Source of the DNA: Chrysomallon squamiferum
Lineage: Eukaryota > Animalia > Mollusca
Assembly: GCA_012295275.1 (NCBI GenBank)
Contig: CM022671.1
Coordinates: 2,666,001-2,730,000, forward strand
DNA: 64,000 nucleotides
Direction of reading: 5' to 3'
Shown here piece after piece: positions 1-12,603 of this stretch. A program made the translations under genes and the position numbers. Each line of letters starts with the position of its first letter. The first letter of the stretch is position 1. The notes beneath the pieces were generated by a model. It worked only from the letters and a program-made list of their open reading frames with translations, did not search any database and was not told the DNA's origin.

Positions 1-251
1 AGAACAAATATACTGTTTACTTCATATAAACAATAGTTTAGATCTAAATAAACCAAGACAAAACCAGTTTAAGTGTAAAGATGTGTAATATTTGTACTGA
101 TTAGCTGTCTGCTATTGTAATATCCTGAACAAACAATACATTACAGAATTATTTATGTAATATAAAATGGTAAATATAGAAAAACTGCATTTTGTAAAAT
201 AGTTTTCTATAAAAAATATCTTCTAGATGAATAATGTCACAGATTACTTAC

Positions 252-3200
252 AACACTGACAGCCACAGATGGTGGATTCTTGGACAAAATGGCTACCATG
301 TCCATTACCCTATAAAAGAAAAATATTAACATTATTTTCAAAGGTTCTAAATCACAAGTAACAAGTTAGCCATACTGCAGTTAACCATGCAAAATGCTAT
401 TACCAAAATCAAATATAATAATAAGCAAAAATATTATTAATTTTCATGTGATATATATTATGTGTATTTGCTATTTTACAAACAGACAATTTTCTGATTA
501 TATTTTATTAAGTACAAAATCAACAGTAATTCCATGTTAATATTTATTTATCATCACCTAGTTTTAAATGTGACAATTTGAGCTTTCTTTTCTTTTTCTT
601 CTTTAGATTTGCTTTTTTTCAGACTTCTAAATGCTTCAGCCAGTTTGTCGTCCAACTCAAACATCTGCTCATCTGTGAAATCAGGAAGCTCCTAAAAGAA
701 ATAAAATAATAAAATACAAACTTATTAGTGACTTAAAATGATTCAGCCTTTATTAACAGCCTTTATTAAGTTCCAGTACAAAGAGCAAAACATACTTGAT
801 CACTGTCATCATTATCGCCATTCTCAGCAGCATTTCCTAGAGCAGCCTGCACTGTCTGTCGAAAACTACTATCTACTTCATCTTCAGCTTCACTAACATC
901 ATCATTTTCATCATCATCATCATCATCATCCTCATCTTCTTCATTGTCTTTGTCACCTTCATTACCAACAGAATCTGTCTCAATACTGTCAACTGTAAAA
1001 TAGTAAACACAAAATAAACAGCATTATTTGAAACTGTACACATCTGTGACCCTTTAATTAGATTTTTTCTATAGTTTTGTGTGTACATGTTTTGTTTTAT
1101 TTAGTCTTTTTACACTTTAGATACTTAATTACTCTGAAATATAAGCTTCAAAATGAAACATACTCATTTGTCTACTATAATAATATAAACATTTAACATT
1201 TTAAGTGTATGTGCATATTTAACACATAACTGATTTATCTTATACAACCCATTTAGACAGTTTTTAATGGTAGTTAGTCAATGGGGAACATAAAGAAGAA
1301 AAACAAAATCACTCAGAAACAGCCAGATTCTCACTCTGACTGAGGTGTAAAGAAATAAAAAAGGATGAGTTGAGAATTTAATGAACCATTAAACAAAATA
1401 AAGGTCTTCAAAAGTAATATATTTATATTTGTCGAACTGATATACGCACCTTCATCTTCTTCAAATGATAACATATCTTCCTCATCATCAGAGTCTTTTC
1501 CTTTCTTGGGTTGAACAGCTTTGGCAATGACAGCCTGCGAGTCACGTGTTGTGTGATCAGCCAGAGCTTTGAACACTGTCTTAGTGACACTGCGAGTCAG
1601 GTTGGAGTTCTGAGACAGCAGGCTCACAAGTACTTCAGTGATAACTTCCATCCAATGAGGATCTGAACAGAAGTCACATGATAAGATCATAGACATAAAT
1701 GGATATGTAGTTAATAATACAAACATGATTATTAGTGAAAGACATATATGAATATGCTGCTATATGTGTGAAAAACTTGTCTTATAATAACAGTTACCTA
1801 TCAACATAAATAAATATTTTATCTAATCATAGCTTTTAAGTTTTCATCTCAGAAATTAGGAGGCTTTAAAAATGGCTTTTCCACAATTTGTTTTATTATT
1901 ATCTCTAAATATTCAAAAATACCAATTTCCAAAGGTTGACATTTTTTAAAATTAAATTATTCTATGGGGTTTTCTAAGTTATGCTTTTAACAAAATATTC
2001 TGTGTAAAGCAAACAAAAATTAAAATGAGCAAAACATTTATTTGCCATCAGGTTTTTCAATGAACTGTAATTAATGGCTGCCTCTAATTTAATTTTCAGC
2101 TGTTTAATATTATTAATGTAAACATACGTCACAGGAAATTGAATTTTTATAAATTTGTACAAGATATCTACATGACTACCCACCATCAGAAGACTTGTGC
2201 ATTGATTGTCTTCTTTTCTGACAAGCCTTTTTGTAACACACATGAACATCCTTAAAATGAACAAAAAAGTAGCATTGTTACATCAATACACATACAAATA
2301 AAATACTGTAGTAAGTAAAAATAGTCAGGAAACACACATTGCTGCCATTGGGTACACTAGTCAGGGGATGACTAAATGAAAAGCAAGTTCAAGTCACACA
2401 AAAGACTTACTAAAGAATTATTCATCTATCACCATATTTGAAGTTTTAATTTAATAAAAAATATTTTCAAAACATTTACTTCTAATATAAACATTTAATG
2501 CTAAAAAAATGTTCTCAAAAATACATTTATTTTTTAATTTCTAAAGTTCAGTTTAAGAAAACATTTTTATTTCTAACAATATGCCACAAAGTGTGTGGGC
2601 TTCATTATATCTCAGCAATAAAGATTAAAAGAGAAAACATCACTGACCTTGATAATAGGAATGACACTGTGACCTTCAGTGAACATCTGCAGAGCTAGAA
2701 ACATGTACAACAACTGAAACCCTTCCTTCAGTCCAACTGTACTCAACACTTTACCCTAAAAAAAAAAAAAAAAAAAGATTTAAAACAAATTCCAACATTA
2801 AATTAATAAATACAGCCAATTCCAAAAAAATATAAAGATGAGAATAAAAAATTTCATTTTGAATAAAACAGCATTTTGGATAACAGCTTTGAATAAATAT
2901 GATACAGTGAAAGTTACTAACTATTAAATTAACATAATTTGATTCGTGTCCAGACTCCAAAGATATCAGACTCTTAAATCAATATTACAATGATCACTTT
3001 AAATCAGATTAATTAAAGCAGATGGATGCAATGTTTGTATGATAGTTGAATACAAACCTTTCTGTCTCTCTCAATTTTATTAACAACATCAACAACTGCA
3101 TCCCATTCTTCCTGCACCTGTCACAGAAAACACAATTTTTATTTTATTATTATCTACATTATCTCTGAAAAATAAGTCTTATTATTTTAGAGAAAGTCAA

Positions 3201-6200
3201 CAAAAGACATCTGAAAGAGGCTAAGAATCTGCACATGAAAAGAAATCAGGTGCTTATCCAGAGATTGGACCAAAATGTATACCAGTTACTTCTGCTACAA
3301 CACTTACTCCTGATTAAATGTTTTTTAAAAATAATTTATTTAGATAAGCTTAACTTCTATTAGGAGAAAGGCATATTCAAATTCCTTTTGTTTATGCATA
3401 TATATATATATATATATATTATTTTCAGAATTACTCTGAATGTATAGATATATATATATATATAGCTATCCAAATATATATAGATATAGATACATATATT
3501 CATGTAATTCTAGAAATAAGTTTGTTTTAAAGGAAATTATTTATTAAAGTTAAATATCCAGTATAATTCAAAACTGTAAGGAATAACAGTCTGAACATTT
3601 TAAATATATGCTAAAAGATATTACCAAAAAACAACAAAAAACAACAACTGAAAAATACAAAGCTATAAGCTTTAAACTAAGATAAATAAATATTCTGTGA
3701 ACATACCTCATCTTCGAAAGGGTTTCTCATGGCAACCACATCTGGTGATTTTATTAATTTCTATTAAAAAAAAAAAAAAAAAAAAAAGTACTTTTATAGT
3801 TAAAAATAATAATTTGTAGTTGAGCTTTTATTATATATGCATTTCTTCACTTAACAATAAATTATAAAAACCCAAGAATGTAATTTAAAATGGTTCAATT
3901 TGTTAAGTGTAAGTGTGCAAGGTAATTACAACATATGAATCTGAATGTACTTAACAGCAGCTACAAACTTGCAGGTTATTGTTGTTTTCATCTCTTGTTT
4001 ATATTCAGATAACTACATTTTTTCATATCAGTAGAAATAATACTTTACACATCAGTGTCTCCCATTTCATATTCAGTGATAGACCAGATTAAGTTAAATG
4101 TAAATGCAGTTGTTGAAAAGTGATTACTCACATCAGCATACTGGAGTATCTCATAGAGCAGCTTCAAACATGTTTCAAACTTCTCAACTTTTGTAGCCTT
4201 TTCTAGCAATTTAATGATAATAATAAATTAATGTTTACAAAATCTACTCAAGCAACTACTAACATGATTTTTACAGTTACATTTCTTAAAAACCGAAAAG
4301 AGTCATTTCATCATTTTCAGAAATAGAAGAAAAAAATATTAAATAATTAACTCATTACGGTTACCCGAAAATATTTTTGTTTACCTGAATGGACAGTGGT
4401 CATCAGTGTGAGACTTTTGGTGAAGTTTATGCTTGACACGTTTGTGTGTTTGTCTGCAGGAGGTATCATGTCACACTAACAAAACAAAATTTCAAATTAC
4501 TTTTTTTCATAACTGACAAAAAAAAAAACAAGAAAAATAAAATTGTAAATAACTGATAAACTACAATAAAGTATACTCACATGTTTCAAAGTGTTGGATA
4601 AAGACTTGATTTTGAAGAAACCATGAAGGCAGAAAAACTGAATGACAGACACACGCAGACTAAAGTCCATCACTTTGCAAATCCGCAACATGTTGTTCAG
4701 CTGGCTACATGCCCATTCAGTGTTGTCACCCTCTAACTGCATTCTAGGGATAAAAATAATTAAAAAAAAAAAAATTAAAAAATATATATATATATATTAT
4801 ACATTGTTTATTTCAGATGTTATAAAAACTTACTTTAGACCAACGTTTGCTAATAATAAAGCATGTAAGAATTTCTCAGAGATTCACAAAATTTAAAGGA
4901 ATTGGAACATTGTTGTTGATTTGAATCCACTCTGTGTCCTTTTAATTTATTTTAACAAAATAAAATGATTTAATTTAATAAATAAAAGAAATACATCAGA
5001 CTTACGTTTCAGAATTCTTGCCACAGATGAGAAACATGAGAAGTTTTACAATGTCTTTAACAGTTTCTTCAGAAAACTAGAGTGAAACAAACATTAATTT
5101 ATTGTAAAAAAAAAAAAAAAAAAAAAAAACCCCCCACATATGTACTGGAAGAAGAATGGCAGATGTAAAAGAATATATATTAAAAGAAATCTGAAATTAA
5201 AGAAAGTTTATTACCAGTGGAAAAAAAAGAACACAACTGACACTTCAATACAATTTTATATTAATACATCTGATAAACACTGAGAAATAATAAAGAAGAA
5301 CATTACATCCATAACAGACTGAAATACCAATTATGAAGTACAACAGAAAAAGTTTAATGTGATACAGAGGCAATACTCATTTAACATTAAACTTTAGCAT
5401 GCTTCAATATAAAATGAAAAGTTCAAATAAAAATTTTAAATTAAATGTTGGTGAAAGCTATGATACAATTTTTGTGTAAAATGATTTGTTAAAAAAAAAT
5501 GATTATTACTTATAGAAATTCTATGTAAGTTTATTTACTTACATTCATTACAACTGTGCTTAGAATGTTTTGTCTTCGGACTCCAAATGTCATAGGACTG
5601 CTGGGTTTGCTGATCAGTGACGTGAACACTGCTGTCTGGATGTCTCTGTCTGGTCTGGATCTCAGATAATCACAAAGGCTATCCACCTAGTTAAAAACAA
5701 ATCTAATAAATTAGTGAATTACTTAAAAACAAACTAATGTTTTTGTTACTATTAGCACATAAAACAATGATTAAATCATATAAACAACAAGCCAGTGAAT
5801 ATGTATCTTACAGTTATTATTTGTTCAAGTTATTATTGATAAATTAATTATGCAATGTATATTTTGTTTACATATATGTGTAGTTTATTTTCTTACTTGA
5901 TATAAATTTCTGAATTATTCTTAAAGCTTCAAAAACCAGCATATTGTAGTTAATATCGATTTCATTTTATTACTCAAATAACGCACTGTTAGGTTGTGCT
6001 AATTTTATACGTATAACAAACTCCCAAGCTGTATTACTTACAACCTCATTTATTTTTGTTCTGTGGCTATCAGCTGTAGTACTCTCAACTGGGGTACTTA
6101 CCATTTGTTTGCAGTAAGGAAATAGAGGATCTGCTTTTTTCTCTGTGTGTCTCATAAGACAAATCACAATGTCAGGACTAAGAATGGCTGATATCTGTGA

Positions 6201-9200
6201 AAAAAAATGACAACATTTATTTTTCGGTTTTGTTATTAATTTTTAATAACTAAAAGGTTTTAGTTAAAATTAACTGGAATCTGAGGCATACATCATAAAT
6301 ATAAATTTGTATGAAATTTTGTCACATCTTTTTCAACAATCTTTAATTCATTCCAGAAAAAGTTCACAATTCAGTTCATTAAATTCAATACATTAATCTG
6401 TTAGCCATTACTGATCAGTGTAGAAATATTTGTGTGTGTGTGTCTATATATATATATATATTACTCTCACCTGTTTGGCTGTGTCAATGTGAGACAACAA
6501 TTTGCCAAATAATGCCAGGCCCAAATGTTGTCTTTTTATATTATCATCAAAGAGATTGTCTAAAACAAAAACAAAAAACAATGGTATTATTTGATGTATG
6601 CAGACATTATTGTTAACAAGGAATACACAAAAACAAAGAAATACATTATATGACATAACTTACAATGGATAGGCTACAAACTTTTCAAAAGTTAGTCATG
6701 TGGCATTGGATAGAATGTGAAATACTTCATCACTCCAGCTGTAATTTTATTAATACTAAACATATATGATTTCTATCAAGTTTCTAATATTAGATTAATG
6801 TAACTGCAAAAAGAAGATATTAGTATATTGGATATTTAGTTCATGAATTGTTTCTTATATAAATGCTATAATTTCCCAAATGAAGGGGTTTAAGTGAAAA
6901 CAGAAATATGTTGTATAAAGATTAGTACAAATTATAAAATAAACGTAATAATTCTATATACGTACGAACACAATGACACCAGAAGGTTTCAATGTTCAGT
7001 TCAGTAGACACTACTTCAGCAACTATGAGATCAACAACCTTGTGAACCTGAGGAAAGTTTGCTGTCGAGTTCTAATGAATAAAAAACACACAAAACAATA
7101 TTAAAAAGTGATTATCATTATTTTAGACTTTTAATTATTTTTCAAAAATTCCTTTCTTTTAATATTTGTTTTAAACATTTTTGAAATAAATTTTCTATGC
7201 ACTCCAGGAATATTTTTAATCTATAAATGTATAAAGATTTTATTGCATTAAAGATATGAATTAGGATGAATAATGATATTTTTTTAATAATTGGCCATTG
7301 GATCACATTATATTCTATAGAAAAAAGTATTTTACAAATTATCAACTTAATGCACACTTACAACCAACACCTGTGAAATGTATGGGAAATTCTTGGAACT
7401 GATTAGTGGAAAATTATCCCAATGTTTCTTAATAAACACTTTATTCAACGTCTCCTGAAAAATTATAATTTAACAGTCAATATAGCATAATTACAAGTTT
7501 AATAAAATAAAGTTATCCAATGAAATAAACATTAAAAAAAAGAAAGAAATAAGAAAAAATGATGTTGAATATTATTATTCTATTAATTATTTTTTAATTT
7601 TATAAACTGATACTCTATTTATATACAAACCTTTTGGTGTTGAATGCAGGTGAGAAGTAACAGGATATCATCAGGTGTGGCTTTACTCCATCCCTTTGAC
7701 AACTGCTTTTCCAATTCTGGAAAAACATATTTCTCAAAAACCTTATTTTTAACCTGAAACATTAAAAACACAGCCATGATTAGAAAACCTTAAAATGAAA
7801 ATTAAGAAATCAAAAAGTTCATGAAAAACAAATAACCTTTTAAGAAAACTGATTAATTCATTTTAGAACTGTAATGATCACAGACTGTAACCTGATGTAT
7901 GATATAACTTAACCATCCCTTCCCCATAGAACTGGCTTTCTCCAAATTCCAGACATGATGCCATGTCTATTATCGATTAAGTGCACGTAAAAACATTAGT
8001 ATTCTTGATTTAAAAAAAAAAGGGAAGTGAAAAAGCTCACCCTCAACTTATTCAAGTTATTGTCACTATAAAGATTTAAACCAAATAAAAATAATAAATC
8101 AGATAAACGGCACCCAAACCACATCTAAAAGAATTCAATGAAAAGGCATTCACTGATTATTAACCAGATTTCTGTTCACAAAATATTACATTGTAGTCAC
8201 AATATCCCCCAACCAAAAAAACCTCCAAAACCCAATAATTTTATAAATTTGTAAAAAATACCTTAGTAATGATCAAGGAAAGTGCCTGGATACAAACAGG
8301 GTGGAGGTAAGTCTTCTCATTCTGTAAATGTCGCAACTGGTTGACAACTTTTTTTATAAGCTGTTTTGAACCCTAATATTTGAGATAAACCCCAAAAGTT
8401 TAAATAAATTACACTTCTTACGAAAAACATAATACATGACATACTACAAATGTGGGCTGCTAGAAATAAGTCAGAGAACTATCTGAAAACGATTTAAAAA
8501 AACACTTTCAAGAAATACAAGAGTTCTGTACCCTGTATCATGAAGTGTGGTCTGTATCATGAACTGATACTGTTAACTTGTATTATGACTGAGAAAAGTA
8601 CAAGTTAATATCTGGCTTGATAACCATGCATGCATGACAAAGGTTAATGACTTTTCCTATTTATAAAAGATTCCTTGCTGCAAGTTTCAATGACATAAAA
8701 TAAAAACAATATATCTACAATGACTACATACACTTAAGACATATTATTAGTTTAATTAATGGAACAGAAAATTACAAAAGCAAATCTAAATACTTGAAAT
8801 AGATTAAATCCAGTTTCGTTGTACAAATAGTTAATAAATACCTGATATAATCTCCCTGACTGCATTAGAGTAAGACACACAAATGCTTTTCCCATTGATG
8901 TATTACCAGCTTCCTGTTAAAAAAATATAAAGTATCTATTGTATTCATAATTAAGTCCTAGCAACCACTGTACAATATAGAAAAAAGCATCATACTTAAA
9001 GTATATATTATAAAACCAATATATCAATATTTTTCTGCAAAAGAATTTATTAATTTTTCAAATGAAGGTACAAAAAACAAAGAAATTATTTATAATTACT
9101 GTTACATTTAATATCAACTTATAAAATAAAAATGAAAAGAAAAAAGAAAACACAAAAACTTACAGACTTTGTAAGTTGTTGTTTTAAAACAAGACATTTT

Positions 9201-10353
9201 TCAGACATCTGAAGAACATCTTCCACTGTGACAGTGTCAAAATCTCGTAAAATCTGAAATTAATGTAATTTTAAAGTTATTTATTGTTAGTAACAAAGCT
9301 TCAACCCCCCCAATTTCTTCTATATATGATAAGCTTTAGTTGTTAAAATATAAATAATAAATTATTTTGTTATGCTTTATAATTATGAAAATAACGAGTT
9401 CAACTATGAAAGATTCATTTTAAACTGATGATGGACTTCTGTGTTATCATTATGGGATAGGAACCAGTCACCTTAACAAATGGTGAACTGAAGTGAGAAA
9501 TATCACTAAAAACAAGCAATAGTGATATCAGTTTTAAAAAGAATAACTTCAGCTGAAGTAACTACAAGTAAAAAGGGTATTTTAAAATGAATAAATGACC
9601 TGTGTCAATGCCATGGAGAAGCCAAGTCTGGCAAATTTTCTTGATGAAGCAAGACCACGTACAAGTCTTTGTAAAACATACTGCATCTCTGCCTCAGCTC
9701 CATCCTATAGAGAGAAATAGTTTACAACAGAAAACAGACGATGTATGTAGCACATAAGTACATTTACATTTTATAAACAATGATTCTGGAGGAGGAAAAG
9801 TTATCCTAACAAAATTTTCTGGAAACTGTATTCAAGTTTTATGATTTTTATTTATTTATTATTATTATTTTAAACAGCTGAACAATTTCATTAAAACGGT
9901 GTGTTAAACATATTCAATATTGTCATTTGTCATATCTGATTTTTACTTTTAACATTTACAAAACAATGTACATTACACTTCAAATTACAGTTCTAAAATT
10001 GGTGATTTTATTATTATTTTATCTTGACTTAAGTTATAAATATCAATATAAATAAGTAGACCTATTTAGGTTATTACTTTGCTTAGTGTGAACTCATAAC
10101 TGAGTTAGCGAGTACTTCAATAGACTGAATTATGAATAGTAGTTAGTAAGTTACTAAGTTAGTAGTTCTCAAAATTATTTTTCGTATGAAACAGTAATAA
10201 AACCTGTTTTTGTTTTTGAAGCAATTTCCTGACAAGTTCCGACACAGCAGCAACACGCGAATCATCGTTTCCTTCTGCCAGTGTCCAAAATAATTCCAAA
10301 ATACCTTTATCAATGCAACTAGCCTTTACAGTCTTCTGTTGCACGTGTTCCAT
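252..10353 (-). CDS. MYBBP1A: Myb-binding protein 1A (Pol5/DNA_pol_phi family), 5' 23 exons; continues beyond the left edge
   Basis: Phase-consistent GT-AG exons: 10204-10353, 9600-9704, 9164-9253, 8842-8913, 8262-8372, 7631-7753, 7362-7454, 6966-7071, 6471-6559, 6102-6194, 5543-5686, 5006-5076, 4581-4743, 4385-4475, 4132-4202, 3707-3760, 3058-3117, 2648-2755, 2184-2250, 1450-1662, 796-992, 558-691, 252-309. Family motifs: LELFWTLA, YVLQRLVRGLASSRKFARLGFSMALTQ, LMQSGRL, PHWMEVITEVLVSLLSQ, an acidic tract, DEQMFELDDKLAEAF, FKTRVMDM. Confidence 0.93.
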
Positions 10354-10390
10354 ATTTAGGTTTTTTGTTTATATTAATGCGCATGTTATC

Positions 10391-10404
10391 ACGGAAACGG
10401 AAAT
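10391..10404. promoter_or_regulatory. Tandem ETS-like (CGGAA x2) sites ~40 nt upstream of the MYBBP1A ATG
   Basis: ACGGAAACGGAAAT in a CpG-retaining segment at the gene's 5' end; function is inferred. Confidence 0.3.
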
Positions 10405-10816
10405 AGCAATTTCTTTAATTATTTCTTCACTGGCTATGAGACCCTCAGAATACTTTCAAACCTACGCGCTGATCATTACGTATACGTTAAGTATTATTTC
10501 AAATAAGTAGAGAATCCATGAAATAAAGCTCAGAAACTCAAGCCTTAAAATGAAAAATAAATAAAAGTAAAAATAAAATAAAAGAATAACTAAAATACCT
10601 ATCTACACATTATAAACTTTGACGACTTTTTTATTACAGGTTTACAGTAAAAGGTTTCCAGTTTACAAACCAAAGTTACATGTCAAGAATTGTATTAAAT
10701 ATTTGGCTCAATAACAAGAAAAAAATTCATGAGTATAATAGAAATTAAAATGTTAATGGTTTTAAATTAAATTTAATAAGATTATTCTATACCAATTACT
10801 GATTTTTGGAGTGTAT

Positions 10817-10851
<35 letters not shown>

Positions 10852-11177
10852 TAATAATAATAATAATAATAATACAGCCGGCATGTAATGACTACGTAGA
10901 ACTTTATTATTATAGCAACACTGCTCTTCATTTAAACAGTTTAATAGGCATGTAGCTATTTCGTTTATTGTTTATAAGTATTATAACCAAGTTTGATTTT
11001 TAAACAGAATATTTGGTAAAACTGCTCATTTATTTACTTAGCTAATAAGTTATTAGTTTTGTTTGTGTGTTTATCACATATTTTTATTTAATGGAAACAA
11101 AATCATACGAATGGAGTTCTAAGAAAAAATTATATGAATGATACTTTGTGTTATTTTTGTAATTTTAGCAGTATAAT

Positions 11178-11213
<36 letters not shown>

Positions 11214-11764
11214 TATTGGACTTGTGTTAAATTGCACGTACTTATAAATGAATACAATATTTCTCTATTTAAAAATAAAATAATAATAAAAGCAAATTTA
11301 ATAAATTGTATAAATTTTGATAAAGTAATGACGTAAACACTACTAATCAGTTGTGTGATGTAATTTTGGAATAAAAGCTTGAGCATAATGGGAGTCGGTC
11401 ATTTGAATCTGAGAATCCAAGAAATGAATATATCTGTCATCAACAACAGCAGTGGAAGTTCGATCTGAGTCATACATTTTCAAATATGATCTAAAGAATA
11501 GGAAGGAGACGACACCGAGCATTGAAACTGCAAACAAATCTACATTTTCAATACCGAAATAATTGATATTGAAAAATAATACACCTTTGGAGGCCTGCTA
11601 TGATTCTGAATTTTAAAAATAGTAGAGAAACCGAATAGGGCATCAACATGATCAAACGAAGATTCCGAAGCTTTACATTATAAACAAACGCTCCGTGCAA
11701 ACCTACATATACATATACACCCATACGCTGATGTATTTAGAGAGTTAGGATAGTCGTCCCTGTC

Positions 11765-11768
<4 letters not shown>

Positions 11769-11847
<79 letters not shown>
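11769..11847. repeat. (GA)n microsatellite
   Basis: Perfect GA run of ~79 nt. Confidence 0.98.
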
Positions 11848-11849
<2 letters not shown>

Positions 11850-12090
11850 ACGATATAAATTATGATACATTATGATGTCTTTGTCAGATTATAATTGTAC
11901 GTGCATAGTACGCAAACAGTAATCACAGAGTGTCAGTGTGTCAACGAGTTTATGAGCACAAAAAGTTTCAACAATTCAAAAAAATAACCGCTTGTTTAAC
12001 ACACTGATACAATCATATTTCAGAGCTGGATGAATGAATAAAAATTAGTTATATGTGTATACTAGAATAAATGTTATTAACATTTTTATA

Positions 12091-12099
12091 TTATTATTA

Positions 12100-12151
<52 letters not shown>
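12091..12151. repeat. (TTA)n microsatellite; similar tracts at ~12551-12601, 29257-29313, 32600-32658, 51123-51168
   Basis: Direct trinucleotide runs. Confidence 0.95.
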
Positions 12152-12152
<1 letters not shown>

Positions 12153-12202
12153 GTCACTTTGTATAAAATTTAAAATAATAATTATTTGAAACATTAACGT
12201 TA

Positions 12203-12246
12203 ACCTAAATTGGGCCCTAATACAGGAATTCGGAGTTCATGCCCTT
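12203..12246 (+). promoter_or_regulatory. Shared upstream motif, rhodanese copy 1
   Basis: ACCTAAATTGGGCCC...GAGTTCATGCCCTT; the last 14 nt match GAGTTTAGGCCCTT upstream of copies 2 and 3 at 12/14 positions; ends 35 nt before the proposed ATG at 12282. Confidence 0.6.
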
Positions 12247-12281
12247 GTTATTACAATGTATTGATAGATGTGTGTACGGCC

Positions 12282-12548
12282 ATGTTAAAGGTGATTTCTT
12301 TCTGGTAATAAACAACTGAGGTTAAAAACGTAACAGGATAATTTGCATCTAGCTTGTTATGGGTAGGTTTTTAATTTATATACAGCGATAGATATAATTT
12401 GTTCTAGTGTAAGAAGGGAATCTATTGTTAATCGACAGATCTTTAAAACGACTGCTTTTATACATCACAGTCTGATCATACTCGTAACACTGATAATTAT
12501 TAATTCCTAGCGGCGAAAATAAAATGCTTTATAAATCTAACGTCATAT

Positions 12549-12603
<55 letters not shown>

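Noticed and set aside
558-691. Apparent frameshift at the A-run in a MYBBP1A exon
   Set aside because: Recounting seven A's gives an intact frame (LKKSKSKEEKEKKAQIVTFKTR).
11343-11537. 64-aa minus-strand ORF between MYBBP1A and rhodanese copy 1
   Set aside because: Non-ATG start, no recognisable motif and no supporting exon chain.
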